Below are positions 18,181 to 28,033 of a stretch of DNA of 64,000 nt, one piece after another. A program made the position numbers and the translations under genes. Numbering within the stretch: the first letter of the stretch is position 1; each line of letters starts with the position of its first letter. The stretch lies in the NCBI GenBank assembly GCA_965242525.1, contig OZ251459.1, forward strand, positions 64,001 through 128,000, written 5' to 3'. Under the pieces are notes generated by a model. The model did no database searches. It was not told the DNA's origin and saw only the letters and a program-made list of their open reading frames with translations. Source of the DNA: an uncultured Candidatus Binatia bacterium (GTDB taxonomy: Bacteria; Desulfobacterota; Binatia; UBA9968; JAJDTQ01).

Positions 18181-21100
18181 TCAACCCGTTTCCGGCAACC
18201 GTACCTCGATGGCCACCGGGAACACGTGGGCGTCTCCCGCCAGCGCGAAGCGTGCGGGCAAGAGGCGGTCCAGGATCCGGGCGCGTTCCTGCTGCAACTG
18301 TTCGCGGATCTCTTCGTAGTGGGCGAGGCGGCGCTTGAGTTCCCGTTCCTTTTCTTCCAGGGACCGCTCCATTTCCGCGAGCCGCTCGGTGGCGTCGAAG
18401 AGTTCGCCCTGGCGTTGTCTTTGGCCGAGGGCTTCGATCTCTCGGTTCAGCCGTGTGGCCGTGGATTGCTCGATGAGCGTGGAGACCTCGCCTTGGCGTT
18501 GCCGGTAGCGTTCGTCCTCCCGTTTGCGGGCGGCTTCGCCGTCCACCGCCAGTTGGCGGCGCAGCCGCCCGGTCACCTGTGTCCCGTAGCCGCGCAGCCA
18601 TGTGCGCAGGCCGTTGCGGACGTCTTCGAGGACCTCCCGGGCGCGCTCCCGGTGGGCGGGGTCCGCGGCGTCCCGGGCGCCTCGCCGGGACCGGGCAGGG
18701 ACGTGCGGCAGCGGCTCTCCCAGGTCGCCGTTCCGCACCGGGAAGGCCAGGGTGCGCACCCAGCGGTGGAAGGTCTCCCGCAGCTCGTTCACAGCCAGTT
18801 CCTCGACGCTGAGCAGGACCACGGCTTCGGCGTCCGCGGGAACGGCGCCCAGCCGCACCGTCCAGCGCGAGACCTGCTGCTCGCCGGGGTAGCGGCGGCG
18901 CGTCAGTAAACCCAGGGCCCGCCGCATCAGCGGATGCGCCAGGTGCAGGAGCCGAGCGTCGCGTCGGGGCAGGAACACGCTCAAGCGCCCGAGGCGCTGG
19001 ATGAACGGTTCCGCGCTGAAGGCGAGCAGCGGCATGGGGCCTTGCCCGCCTCCGTGGACCGGCAGGCGCACGGCTTCGTCGATGACGTCGCGCCAGCCGC
19101 GCAGGTCCGGTTGGGCCATCCGGTAGAATCCCGGTTGCGCCGCCGCCCGTAGCTGCGGTCTGCCGCTGTCGGAAGTCGTCAGGGCGGTTTCGAGGGTGTC
19201 GCCGAGGGCTTGCGGGTCCAGGTCGATCTCCGCGGCCAGGACCTCGAGCAACGCTGCTTCCCCCTCTGCCTCGCGGCCCAACGACACCCTGGCGTCCGCG
19301 TCCATGGACGCGGCGCCCAGGACGGCCCGGAGGCCGGCATCCAGGTCGGCCCGGACCCGCGCCGCGTCCTCGCCTCCGATCAGGCGGCGGTGCGTGGCGC
19401 GGTCGAACAGTTCGTTCACCGAGCCCAGGTCTGCGCGGATTTCGTCGGCCTTGCGGACCACGTGGTCGAGGAAGCGCAGGTCCGGGTCGGTTGCGCTGAA
19501 GAAGTGGTGCACGGTCACGTCACGGGCCTGTCCGTAGCGGTCCAGGCGACCGTTCCGCTGCTCCAGCCTCGACGGGTTCCACGGGCAGTCGTAGTGCAGC
19601 AGGTAGCGCGCGGTGCGGTGCAGGTTGAGACCTTCGGAAGCGGCGTCCGTGGCCACCAGGACGCGCACCGGGTCGTCAGGGTCGTTGAAGGCCGCCTTGA
19701 CGTTCTCGCGGTCCGTGTCGTTCATGCCCTCGGCCCCGCCGCTGCCGAACAGGGTGAGCACGTGTTCCGGGGAGTAGCGTTCCGCCAGTCGTCGGGCAAG
19801 GTAGTCGAGCGTGGTCTTGTACTCGGTGAAGACGATCAGCCGTTCGTCGGCGCGGAACCCGCCGCTGGTCCGGAGAAGGCGTTCGATCAAGGCGGTGAGG
19901 GCGTCGAAACGGGTATCGACTCCGGGCGTCTGGCGGACCACCGGCGGGCCGTCGAGGACGAAGCCGAGGGCGTCCAGGGCGCGCTCGATGCCTGCGATTT
20001 CGTCCTGCACGTGGTCCGCGAAGTTCTTCAGCCACGCGCCCACCACGGTGGCCGCGGTGGCCTCGCGCTGCTGCGTTTCCCGGTCGTCTCCGGTCTCCTG
20101 CCGCAGGGACCGTTCCGCGGCCGTCAGCGCAGCCTCCGAGGCAGCGGACTCGTCGGCGAAACCCTGGCGCGCCCGGCGCCAGGATTCGGCGAACGCGGTG
20201 GGGCAGGAGAGCAGCCGCTTGCCCAGGATCTCCACCGCGAAGCTGCCCGCGCGGCGCCGCGGCCGGTCGCCTTGGGCCACGAGCCGGCGCACGGCTTTGC
20301 GAAAGGCGTCGAACGCGGCCACGAGACCGGCTTCCCGCAGCTCGGTGCGGAGGGTGAGGGCCTCGGGCGGCCGCCGTTGGCAGAAGCGGGGCGCGGGGGC
20401 CGTCCCGGGCACGGGGTCTTCTTCCCGCTCATGCCGCGTCCCTGCGTCCGTCCGCCCGGGGGGTTGGTCGATGTGGCGTTTCAGCCGGCGCACCACCACG
20501 TCGTCCACCCGTGCGCGCATGGCCGGGGTCATCTCGCTGGTGCGGGTGAAGCGCACGGGGTCGAGCATTTCCAGGAGGCCGGTGAAAGAGCGCGTGTGGC
20601 CGTTGTGCGGCGTGGCGGAGAGGAACAGTCGGTGCTCGAAGCGGGGCGCCGCCAGGCGCAGGGTCTCGCACAGGCCGCTGTCCTCGCCGAAGGGAGACGG
20701 CATGAGGTTGTGGCATTCGTCCACGATCAACAGGTCCCAGGGCAGGTGCGGGGAGCCGTCCGGCGTTTGGCAGGCGGCCAGGAACTGCTCGCGCACGTCG
20801 GGCTGGCGCAGGTAGTGGTAGGAGGCGACGATGCGGCTGAACGAGCGCCAGGGGTTGGCGTCCATGCCGAGACGACGGCGCAGGCGCTCGACGCCCTGAC
20901 GGTCCACCACGTCGAAGCGCAGCGAGAACTTCTCCCACAACTCGTCCCGCCATTGCTGGCGCAGGGAAGCGGGCGTGAGCACCAGCACGCGCCGGATGCG
21001 GCGGCGCAGCAGCAACTCGGTGAGGATCAGGCCGGCCTCTACCGTTTTGCCGAGACCCACGTCGTCCGCGAGGAGCAGGTTTACCCTCGGCATGCGCAGG

Positions 21101-21507
21101 GCCTTCAGCAGCGGCATGAGCTGGTAGTCCTCCACGCGCACGCCGCCGTGGAAGGGGCTGGCGAGGGGCTCGCGGTTCAGCGGGCCGGAGCCGTCCGGGT
21201 CCAGGTAGGGCGACAGCGCCGTCCAGCGCGCCGCCCGCAGGAGCGCGTCGAACTCGCCGGACGGCATGGGGTCCCGGCCGGCGTCCGGCAACGCGGTAGG
21301 CTCCAGGAGAGGGGGCTCATGTTCGATCTCCCACAGCAGCCGTTCCGCGGGCGGCTCGTGCAGGTCCTTGTACTCCACGTGCACCAGGTGCAGCCGCCCG
21401 GAATCGCCGTCGAACGGTTCTACTGCGGCCACCACGCCGAGCCGGTTGCGCACGGTGGCGATCATGCCGGCCCGAGGGACGGCGTATGGGGCGGCCGGGA
21501 CGCTCAT
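18181..21507 (-). CDS. drmD: SNF2-family helicase, DISARM DrmD-like
   Basis: LLADDVGLGKTVEAG, DECH, LSATPHNG, ATDAASEGLNL, WNPSRLEQRNGRLDRYGQ; coiled-coil C-terminus; lies upstream of an N6 methyltransferase. Confidence 0.85.
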   Translation of the reverse strand: MSVPAAPYAVPRAGMIATVRNRLGVVAAVEPFDGDSGRLHLVHVEYKDLHEPPAERLLWEIEHEPPLLEPTALPDAGRDPMPSGEFDALLRAARWTALSPYLDPDGSGPLNREPLASPFHGGVRVEDYQLMPLLKALRMPRVNLLLADDVGLGKTVEAGLILTELLLRRRIRRVLVLTPASLRQQWRDELWEKFSLRFDVVDRQGVERLRRRLGMDANPWRSFSRIVASYHYLRQPDVREQFLAACQTPDGSPHLPWDLLIVDECHNLMPSPFGEDSGLCETLRLAAPRFEHRLFLSATPHNGHTRSFTGLLEMLDPVRFTRTSEMTPAMRARVDDVVVRRLKRHIDQPPGRTDAGTRHEREEDPVPGTAPAPRFCQRRPPEALTLRTELREAGLVAAFDAFRKAVRRLVAQGDRPRRRAGSFAVEILGKRLLSCPTAFAESWRRARQGFADESAASEAALTAAERSLRQETGDDRETQQREATAATVVGAWLKNFADHVQDEIAGIERALDALGFVLDGPPVVRQTPGVDTRFDALTALIERLLRTSGGFRADERLIVFTEYKTTLDYLARRLAERYSPEHVLTLFGSGGAEGMNDTDRENVKAAFNDPDDPVRVLVATDAASEGLNLHRTARYLLHYDCPWNPSRLEQRNGRLDRYGQARDVTVHHFFSATDPDLRFLDHVVRKADEIRADLGSVNELFDRATHRRLIGGEDAARVRADLDAGLRAVLGAASMDADARVSLGREAEGEAALLEVLAAEIDLDPQALGDTLETALTTSDSGRPQLRAAAQPGFYRMAQPDLRGWRDVIDEAVRLPVHGGGQGPMPLLAFSAEPFIQRLGRLSVFLPRRDARLLHLAHPLMRRALGLLTRRRYPGEQQVSRWTVRLGAVPADAEAVVLLSVEELAVNELRETFHRWVRTLAFPVRNGDLGEPLPHVPARSRRGARDAADPAHRERAREVLEDVRNGLRTWLRGYGTQVTGRLRRQLAVDGEAARKREDERYRQRQGEVSTLIEQSTATRLNREIEALGQRQRQGELFDATERLAEMERSLEEKERELKRRLAHYEEIREQLQQERARILDRLLPARFALAGDAHVFPVAIEVRLPETG

Positions 21508-21707
21508 GGGGCGTTGTCATACTTGCCTTTGCCGTGGTAGCGCAAACGACGGGGCCGGGGAGGTCGTTGCGAACCGGTCATGCGGCTGCCGGTGATCGAC
21601 GCCACACGCCCGCGGCGCGCTTTGACAGCCTTGGGCCAGCGTGTTACTTGCCCTAGGGGTTCGGGTTGGCGGCGTCCGGGATCAGGGTTCGGGACCGGAG
21701 GGATGAC

Positions 21708-21884
21708 GTGAAGGACCGGATTCGACAGATCGACGAGGAGTACGGCTTCCACCTCACCGAGGACGAGATCGAGTCCATTGCGAAGCAGGCGGAGGAAACC
21801 CGTCTCCTGCTGCAGGAACTCGACAAGGTGGACTTGACCGGCGTCATGCCCATGGTGAAGTTCGACCGGAAGCCGGGGAGCTGA
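21708..21884 (+). CDS. Small acidic GatC/AtzG-like helical protein
   Basis: GGAGG RBS, GTG start; YGFHLTEDEIESIA...LDKVDLTGVMP resembles GatC-like amidase partner peptides (weak). Confidence 0.5.
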   Translation: MKDRIRQIDEEYGFHLTEDEIESIAKQAEETRLLLQELDKVDLTGVMPMVKFDRKPGS

Positions 21885-21900
21885 AAGGGACCTGCACGGC

Positions 21901-23175
21901 ATGGACGAAGCCACGAGGGAACGCATCCTCCAGCACATCGACGGCCGGGAACTGGCCGAGCTTACCAGGGACCTGGTGGACATCCTGAGCCCCACCGGGG
22001 CGGAGAAGGAGATCGGCGAGTTCATCCTCGACTGGTACGGGCGGAACGGGCTCAAGCCCATCCGCCAGGAGATCGACCCCGACCGGGTGAACGCGGTGGG
22101 CGTGCTGCAGGGCAGCGGCGGCGGGGTTTCGTTGATGATCAACGGCCACATGGACACGAGCTTCACCGGGCGGGAGGACGACCTGGTGCTGTGCCGGGAG
22201 TTGGAGCCCCGGAGCGAGCTCCGGGGGGCCATCCGGGACGGCAAGGTCTTCGGCCTGGCCGCGTCCAACATGAAGTCGGGGCTGGCGGCGTTCATGGTGG
22301 CGGGCAAGGCGCTCCGGCAGAGCGGCGCGGCGCTCAAGGGCGACCTGATCCTGGCGGCCGTGGCGGGCGAGATCTCCCGCACCCCCATCGGTCCCTACCA
22401 GTCCGGGGCCTACCGGGGCGAGGGCACCGGCACCCGCCACCTGCTGACCTACGGGGTCCAGTCCGACTACGCCATCGTGGCCGACCGCTCGGCGTTGTCC
22501 ATCATCTGGGCCCAGACCGGCGTGGCCCAGTTCCGCATCGACACCTTCGGGAACCCGCACGCGGCCTGGGGCGTCACCCGACGGCAGGAGCCGCCCGAGG
22601 AGCAGAGCGCGGTGCTGAAGATGGCCCGGGTGGTGCAGGCGGTGGACGCCTGGGCGGAGGAGTTCGAGGCCAACCACGTCTATACGTCCGCCAACGGCCC
22701 CATCATCCCCAAGGTCAACATCGGCTCGGTGCAGGGGGGAGCGCCCTACCGGCCCAACTACTATCCGGGCATCTGCTCCCTGTACGTGGACGTGCGCATC
22801 CCGCCCGAGCTCCGGCCCGTCGAGGTGCAGCGCGAACTGCGCGCGGTCATGGACGCCACCGGCTACGAGTACGACATCCAGATGTACACGTCCAAGATGG
22901 GGTACGAGGCCAGGGGCATCGAGCCGGTGGTGGAGGTCATCGAGGCGGCCCACCAGGAGCTGTTCGGCGAGAAGACGACGCCCGCCACCACCGCGCGCTC
23001 CAGCATCTGGACCGACACCAACATCTACAACGAGATGGGCATCCCCGCCTGCAAGTTCGGTCTCGGCGGCGGCCGCTGGACCACCCGTTCGGAGCAGATC
23101 GACATCGACGAGATCGTGCGGGCGTCGCAGATCTACGCACTGTCCGCAGCGGCCATCTGCAACTGGAGCCGATGA
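21901..23175 (+). CDS. M20/ArgE-DapE family metallo-hydrolase (non-canonical ligands)
   Basis: NGHMDT, GLAASNMKSG, AGEIS, WTDTN, EQIDIDE. Confidence 0.85.
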   Translation: MDEATRERILQHIDGRELAELTRDLVDILSPTGAEKEIGEFILDWYGRNGLKPIRQEIDPDRVNAVGVLQGSGGGVSLMINGHMDTSFTGREDDLVLCRELEPRSELRGAIRDGKVFGLAASNMKSGLAAFMVAGKALRQSGAALKGDLILAAVAGEISRTPIGPYQSGAYRGEGTGTRHLLTYGVQSDYAIVADRSALSIIWAQTGVAQFRIDTFGNPHAAWGVTRRQEPPEEQSAVLKMARVVQAVDAWAEEFEANHVYTSANGPIIPKVNIGSVQGGAPYRPNYYPGICSLYVDVRIPPELRPVEVQRELRAVMDATGYEYDIQMYTSKMGYEARGIEPVVEVIEAAHQELFGEKTTPATTARSSIWTDTNIYNEMGIPACKFGLGGGRWTTRSEQIDIDEIVRASQIYALSAAAICNWSR

Positions 23176-23214
23176 CGGTCCCGCCGCGGCGCGACGCCCC
23201 TTCCCGGAGAAGCA

Positions 23215-23721
23215 ATGGAACCGGCACTGGCTGAGAAGCTCGTCCACGGCCTGAAGGCCGCGGGCATCGATTTCCTGACGTACCTGCCGGAAAGCCGCCT
23301 GAGCCAGATCCTGCCGCTGTTGCGCGAGGACGGCACGGTCCGGTTGGTGCCCACCGCCAGCGAGCAGGAGGCGGTTACCATCGCCGCGGGCGCGGCCCTG
23401 GGGGGCAAGCGGGCGGCCTGCTACATGGAGAGCACCGGCCCCTACGTCTCCGCCTACTCGCTGCTCACCGTGGGAAAGCAGATGGGCGTGCCGATACTGC
23501 TCCTGGTGGGCTTCCTGGGCAGCTTCGCGGACCAGCGCAACAGCTTCCTCTACGTGACCATCGGCATGCGGATGCTCCCGACCCTGGAGGGCCTGGGCCT
23601 CGAATACCGCGTGCTGGAGGACGGGGAGAACCTGGAACGGCACATTCGGGACGCCCAGCGGGTCAGCGACTCCATGCGCGCCCCGGTGGCCCTGGTCTTC
23701 TCGGGGGAGTTCGCCCGATGA
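23215..23721 (+). CDS. ThDP-dependent decarboxylase alpha subunit (sulfopyruvate/phosphonopyruvate decarboxylase-like)
   Basis: YLPES, SEQEAVTIAAGAALGG; ATGA overlap with the beta subunit. Confidence 0.8.
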   Translation: MEPALAEKLVHGLKAAGIDFLTYLPESRLSQILPLLREDGTVRLVPTASEQEAVTIAAGAALGGKRAACYMESTGPYVSAYSLLTVGKQMGVPILLLVGFLGSFADQRNSFLYVTIGMRMLPTLEGLGLEYRVLEDGENLERHIRDAQRVSDSMRAPVALVFSGEFAR

Positions 23722-24320
23722 TCCGCCGCGAATGCCTGGAGCTCATCGCGCCGCTGATGACCGACCAACTGGTGCTCACGTCCCAGAGCGGTCAACGCAT
23801 CGAGTGGTTCCACCTGTCCCGACACGAAGGCAACCTGCTGGTGGGGATGATGGGGTGCGCCACGGGCGTGGGCATGGGACTGGCCCTGGCGCTGCCCCAC
23901 CGCCGCGTCATCGTGCTGGAGTCGGACGGCAGCGTACTGCTGTCGCTGTTCAACCTTCCTACCCTCGGCAACCTGAACCCCTCCAACCTGACGGTGTTCG
24001 TGTTCGACAACGGCGTCTATAGCGGCAGCGCCATCAGCGAGCCCACAGCCACCTCCGGCAAGAGCGACCTGGCGGCCATGGCCCGGGCCTCCGGCGTCGA
24101 GTCCGCGGTGACCGTGCACGACCTCGACGGGTTCCGGCGGCACGGCCTGCCGGGGGTGACCGGGGAGGGACTCCACTACGTGGTGTGCAAGGTGGAAGAG
24201 AGCCTCGTGCACCGCCAGATCCCGCGTCCCGACACCGACCTGGCGGAGAACAAGTACCGGTTCGTGCGCTACCTCGAACGCACCGAGGGCAAGACCATTC
24301 CCTTCATCGGCCTGGGATAG
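23718..24320 (+). CDS. ThDP-dependent decarboxylase beta subunit
   Basis: GMMG...GMGLALALP, ESDGSVLL...FDNGVY ThDP-binding motif. Confidence 0.82.
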   Translation: MIRRECLELIAPLMTDQLVLTSQSGQRIEWFHLSRHEGNLLVGMMGCATGVGMGLALALPHRRVIVLESDGSVLLSLFNLPTLGNLNPSNLTVFVFDNGVYSGSAISEPTATSGKSDLAAMARASGVESAVTVHDLDGFRRHGLPGVTGEGLHYVVCKVEESLVHRQIPRPDTDLAENKYRFVRYLERTEGKTIPFIGLG

Positions 24321-24382
24321 GTTCCGGGCCGGTTCCGATCCGAGGATTCCGGGTTATCGGTTCAAATCAAAAGGAGGTCAGC

Positions 24383-24895
24383 ATGGCAACCAACCCCGAA
24401 GCGTTGAAACGGCAGGAAGCGGAGAAGGTCGATTACGACTGGGGCACGCTCTGGCCGCACTACCACAAGGAGCGGATGAACTGGGCCACCGGGTTCCGCA
24501 CCCGCGGCGACGTGGACATCCTGTTCCTTTCGGGCTCCACCGGACGGGACCCGTTCGAGGACGCGCCCAACAGGAACCCCGCGGAGGAGCGGGAGGGGCG
24601 CGGCAAGGTGGTGGGCGGCATCAAGGAGCAGACGCGCCAGGCGTGGCAGGATATCAAGGACAACCTGGAGATGATGGGCGGCGAGCTGAAGCACATCGTC
24701 ATGCTGCGCTACTTCCTCACCCGGAGGGAGGACGTGTTCGACATGCGCGACGAGATGTACAAGTTCTTCGAGGAGCACGAGCCCGACCTGCGCGCCCATC
24801 CTCGTCCCGCCACGTTGCTGCGGGGCGTGGGCATCGACTTGCCGGACATGCTCATCGAGATCGAAGCATGGGCCGCGGTGCCGCGGAAGAAGTAG
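24383..24895 (+). CDS. RidA/YjgF-family protein
   Basis: AGGAGG RBS; LSGSTG, IKEQTRQAW, RPATLLRGV...LIEIEAWA. Confidence 0.8.
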   Translation: MATNPEALKRQEAEKVDYDWGTLWPHYHKERMNWATGFRTRGDVDILFLSGSTGRDPFEDAPNRNPAEEREGRGKVVGGIKEQTRQAWQDIKDNLEMMGGELKHIVMLRYFLTRREDVFDMRDEMYKFFEEHEPDLRAHPRPATLLRGVGIDLPDMLIEIEAWAAVPRKK

Positions 24896-24964
24896 CCCCG
24901 GGAAAGTAGCCTCGTGAACCGGGGGTCCGGCGCGCCTTCGCGGACCCCCGACCCCCTCTCGCCC

Positions 24965-25738
24965 TCAAGGCCAGTCCAGCTCCGCGGTCACCGGAGCGTG
25001 GTCCGAAGGCTTGGAGCCTTTCCTCTCGTCCCTGTCCACGCCCGCGGAGGTGGAGCGCGACGCCAACTCCGGGGTGGCGAGTATGTGGTCGATGCGCAGC
25101 CCCTGGTTCCTCGGGAACGCGAGCTGCCGGTAGTCCCACCACGAGTAGATCCCCGGGTCCGGGTTGTGCATGCGCACCACGTCCCGGAGGCCCCAGTCCA
25201 GCAGCCGCGACATGACCTCGGTCATTTCGGGATTGAACAGCACCGTGCCCTGCCAGGACTCCGGGTCCGACGTGTCCGCCTCCTCCGGCGCGATGTTGAA
25301 GTCCCCGGAGACCAGCAACGGCGTGTCCGGGGCGTGGTTCCCGTCCAGATAGACGAGCAGCCGCTCCAGCCATTCCCGCTTGTATGCGTACTTGTCGGAC
25401 TCCACCTTGTCCCCGTTGGGGACGTACACCGACAGGAACCGTATGCCACGGACCGTCCCGCCGATGCAGCGCGCCTGGGGGTCGTCCACTTGGTCGTCGA
25501 ACCCCGTGCGCACGTCCTCGATGGGCGCCCGGGACAGGATGGCCACGCCGTTGTAGGTCTTCTGGCCGTGCACCGCGGCGTGGTAACCCTGCTCCTTCAC
25601 CGCGTCGTGGGGAAACCGGTCGTCGGTGACCTTGGTCTCCTGGAGGCACACCACGTCCGGGCTTTCCCGCGACAGCCAGCGCAACAGGCGTTCCTCGCGC
25701 GCACGCACCGAGTTCAGGTTCCATGTGACGACTTTCAA
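24965..25738 (-). CDS. xth: Exodeoxyribonuclease III
   Basis: TWNLNS, CLQETK, YNGVAI, YVPNG, GDFN, SWWDYR, GLRIDH, PSDHAPV. Confidence 0.95.
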   Translation of the reverse strand: MKVVTWNLNSVRAREERLLRWLSRESPDVVCLQETKVTDDRFPHDAVKEQGYHAAVHGQKTYNGVAILSRAPIEDVRTGFDDQVDDPQARCIGGTVRGIRFLSVYVPNGDKVESDKYAYKREWLERLLVYLDGNHAPDTPLLVSGDFNIAPEEADTSDPESWQGTVLFNPEMTEVMSRLLDWGLRDVVRMHNPDPGIYSWWDYRQLAFPRNQGLRIDHILATPELASRSTSAGVDRDERKGSKPSDHAPVTAELDWP

Positions 25739-25945
25739 GCTCTCCTCCCCGGCGACGTTTTCGGCTGCATAGATGAGCCGGTGGGTCTTGTCAACGACAA
25801 CGCTGCGCCGCCCGGAAGTCGTCCCCGCGGTCGCCTGCTCGACGGATCGGCGCCTGGGTCATACCCGTTGCTCTCGGCGACAACGGCGTGGGGGCGGCGG
25901 CCGGAACCGCGGGAAGACCGGGTCCGGACCGCGGTTTGCCGTGCG

Positions 25946-26767
25946 CTACGTCCGCGCTTCCGGCTCGGCGCCCACCGTCCAATAGCGTCCGTCGCTTCGC
26001 TTCAAGCCGAGGGGCGTCTCGTAGAGGTCCCGCAGCAGGCCCTCGGTGACCACGTCCGCGGTCCTGCCCGACCGGAACACCCGACCCTCCTTCAGGACGA
26101 GGGTCTTCTCGAAAGCGGGCAGGATTTCCTCGGTATGGTGGGTGACGTAAACCAGGGCGGTCGATCCGCTCGTGCGGCCAAGCTCCTGGAGCGCCGAGAG
26201 CAGGCTTTCCCGCGCCCCCGGGTCCAGCCCTGCGCAAGGCTCGTCCAGGAACATCAGGTAGGGACGGGTCATCAGCGCCCTGCCGATGAGGACCTTCTGT
26301 TGCTCGCCCTGGGAAAGCGCGCCGAACGCCCGGTCCTTCAAGTTGCTGCACCCCATCCGCTCCATGACGGCTTCGGCCCGGGCGTAGTCCTCCTCCCCGG
26401 GATGGACCGTGGACATCTCCAACAGCCCGACCTGCGCGAACTTGCCCGAGACCACCGTGCGCAGCGACTTTTCGCGGACGGGTATCTGCGAGGTCAGCGA
26501 CGCAGTGACCCATCCGATGCCTTTGCGCAACTCCCGGAGGTCCACCCTCCGCTTCCCGTTGCGGTAGATGACCCCGCCCCGGTTGGGCCACAGGTAGCCG
26601 CACGCCAGTTTCAGCAGCGTGGTCTTCCCCGATCCGTTGGGTCCCAGCACCACCCAGTGCTCTCCCCGGTCCACCACCCAGTCGATGGAGTCGAGGATCG
26701 TGTGGCGCGCCGCGGCGTACGAGACGTTCCGCACGTCCAGCGGGACCGTCGTGTTCATCCCGTGCAT
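25946..26767 (-). CDS. ABC ATP-binding protein (ModF-like)
   Basis: GPNGSGKT, LSQGE, LDEP, VTHH. Start trimmed to ATG 26767. Confidence 0.85.
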   Translation of the reverse strand: MHGMNTTVPLDVRNVSYAAARHTILDSIDWVVDRGEHWVVLGPNGSGKTTLLKLACGYLWPNRGGVIYRNGKRRVDLRELRKGIGWVTASLTSQIPVREKSLRTVVSGKFAQVGLLEMSTVHPGEEDYARAEAVMERMGCSNLKDRAFGALSQGEQQKVLIGRALMTRPYLMFLDEPCAGLDPGARESLLSALQELGRTSGSTALVYVTHHTEEILPAFEKTLVLKEGRVFRSGRTADVVTEGLLRDLYETPLGLKRSDGRYWTVGAEPEART

Positions 26768-26849
26768 CCCTTCCCTGACGACCCCGGCGCAACGCGGCCG
26801 ATGGCTTGCCTCCGGGTCCGCGGCGCCCATGGCCGGGTCTCGACGGCGG

Positions 26850-27524
26850 TCATCCGTTTGCGATGCGGCAGGCCTTCCAGTTCTTCGTCCAGTGTTCGTC
26901 GGTTTGCACGTGCCCTTCCCGGACGCTCTTGCAGACGTTGCGAGGGAACTCGCTGGCGGGAAAGGCGGCTTCATGCCGTATCACCACGCCTTCCCGCGCA
27001 CCGCCCAGGGCCGACGGCTCCCGATGCGCCCGCGTCATGAACTCCCGGATTTCATCCACCGACCGGAAAGAACCTTCGAACAGCACGGGAACCACCGGGA
27101 TGCCGCGTTCCTTCGCGTAATCCGCCAGCGTCCGGAACGATGCGAACGAGCCGTCCCGGAAGCGAAGCGCAAAGGCGTAGAAGGTCTCGTCTTCGGCCAC
27201 CGGGTCGTATGCGATGCTGTGCACGCCGTAGATGTCCTCCCCGTAGAGGAACACGTCCGGGTCCGTCACCTTCCACGCATGGTGCTTCCGGACCATCGCC
27301 ATCCATTTACCGGCGGACGGCGCGGAGACGCTGCGCCCATAGACCTCGCCCCTGTGGATGAGCGTGTTGCCGCCGTCGAGCTTCTCGGTGGCCACCACCG
27401 GCGTCCCCACGAACCGCCCCGGCTCCGCAACGAGCTCGTCCCTCTCGCTCACCGTCGGCGAGTAGGGCCAGTAGGGGGTTTTCGGGTACTTGAGCATGGG
27501 ATTGGACGTTGCAACGACGATCAT
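26850..27524 (-). CDS. ATP-dependent RNA ligase family protein
   Basis: KYPKTPY, motif I EKLDGGN, LYGE, HSIAY, REGVVIR, CKSVREGHVQTDEHW. ATG 27524 overlaps the upstream stop; alternative start at 27497. Confidence 0.85.
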   Translation of the reverse strand: MIVVATSNPMLKYPKTPYWPYSPTVSERDELVAEPGRFVGTPVVATEKLDGGNTLIHRGEVYGRSVSAPSAGKWMAMVRKHHAWKVTDPDVFLYGEDIYGVHSIAYDPVAEDETFYAFALRFRDGSFASFRTLADYAKERGIPVVPVLFEGSFRSVDEIREFMTRAHREPSALGGAREGVVIRHEAAFPASEFPRNVCKSVREGHVQTDEHWTKNWKACRIANG

Positions 27525-28033
27525 GCAGGTTTCAACGGTTTTGAAGCATGCTGTGGGCAAAGCTGTTGTACGGTCACGCCCAGACCTCTCGTCAGCGCTT
27601 TCTCTTGATTCCAATCACTGTCCATCGCGTTGAGGATGTTGGCCTTCCCAACTACAGCCGTTGCGAGAAACTTGCGGTCGGATGGGTCCAGACCGTTTTC
27701 TGGCAGTTCCTCGAAGCCCCTGCGTTTATCGCTGCCTGGATCGCTGCATTGCGTAATCGAAACGCGACGCACGCGTTCTCCGCTGTACTGATGATTAAAG
27801 ACGTACTTGAAGAACATGTCTCCCAACCCTGGCCCGCCTTTCCAGTTTAAGTTTTTACTATATTCATCGAATATGAGGTCCTGGTCGTCAACGACAACAA
27901 CTTGCCGACTGTGCGGACTGCAAATTTCTCTCAGTTTCTCTCTGCATGTCAATTGGCACCCCTCGTCCGCGTGTATGTCTCCTCGTCCATTGGCCACGAT
28001 GGCAACGTTGGTTTCCACGACGTAAGCTGTCAT
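27521..28033 (-). CDS. PIN-like domain protein
   Basis: VVETNVAIVAN...IFDEY...DPSDRKFLATA...MDSDW; low GC; ATGA-coupled to the upstream ATPase. Confidence 0.65.
   Translation of the reverse strand: MTAYVVETNVAIVANGRGDIHADEGCQLTCREKLREICSPHSRQVVVVDDQDLIFDEYSKNLNWKGGPGLGDMFFKYVFNHQYSGERVRRVSITQCSDPGSDKRRGFEELPENGLDPSDRKFLATAVVGKANILNAMDSDWNQEKALTRGLGVTVQQLCPQHASKPLKPA

Noticed and set aside
2681-21507. Canonical class I DISARM, BREX or Druantia
   Set aside because: No DrmC PLD or separate DrmA/DrmB; no PglZ or BrxC; no recognisable Druantia partner genes.
1300-21650. Defence locus as an integrative element or prophage
   Set aside because: No integrase, tRNA target or att-like direct repeats were found by eye.
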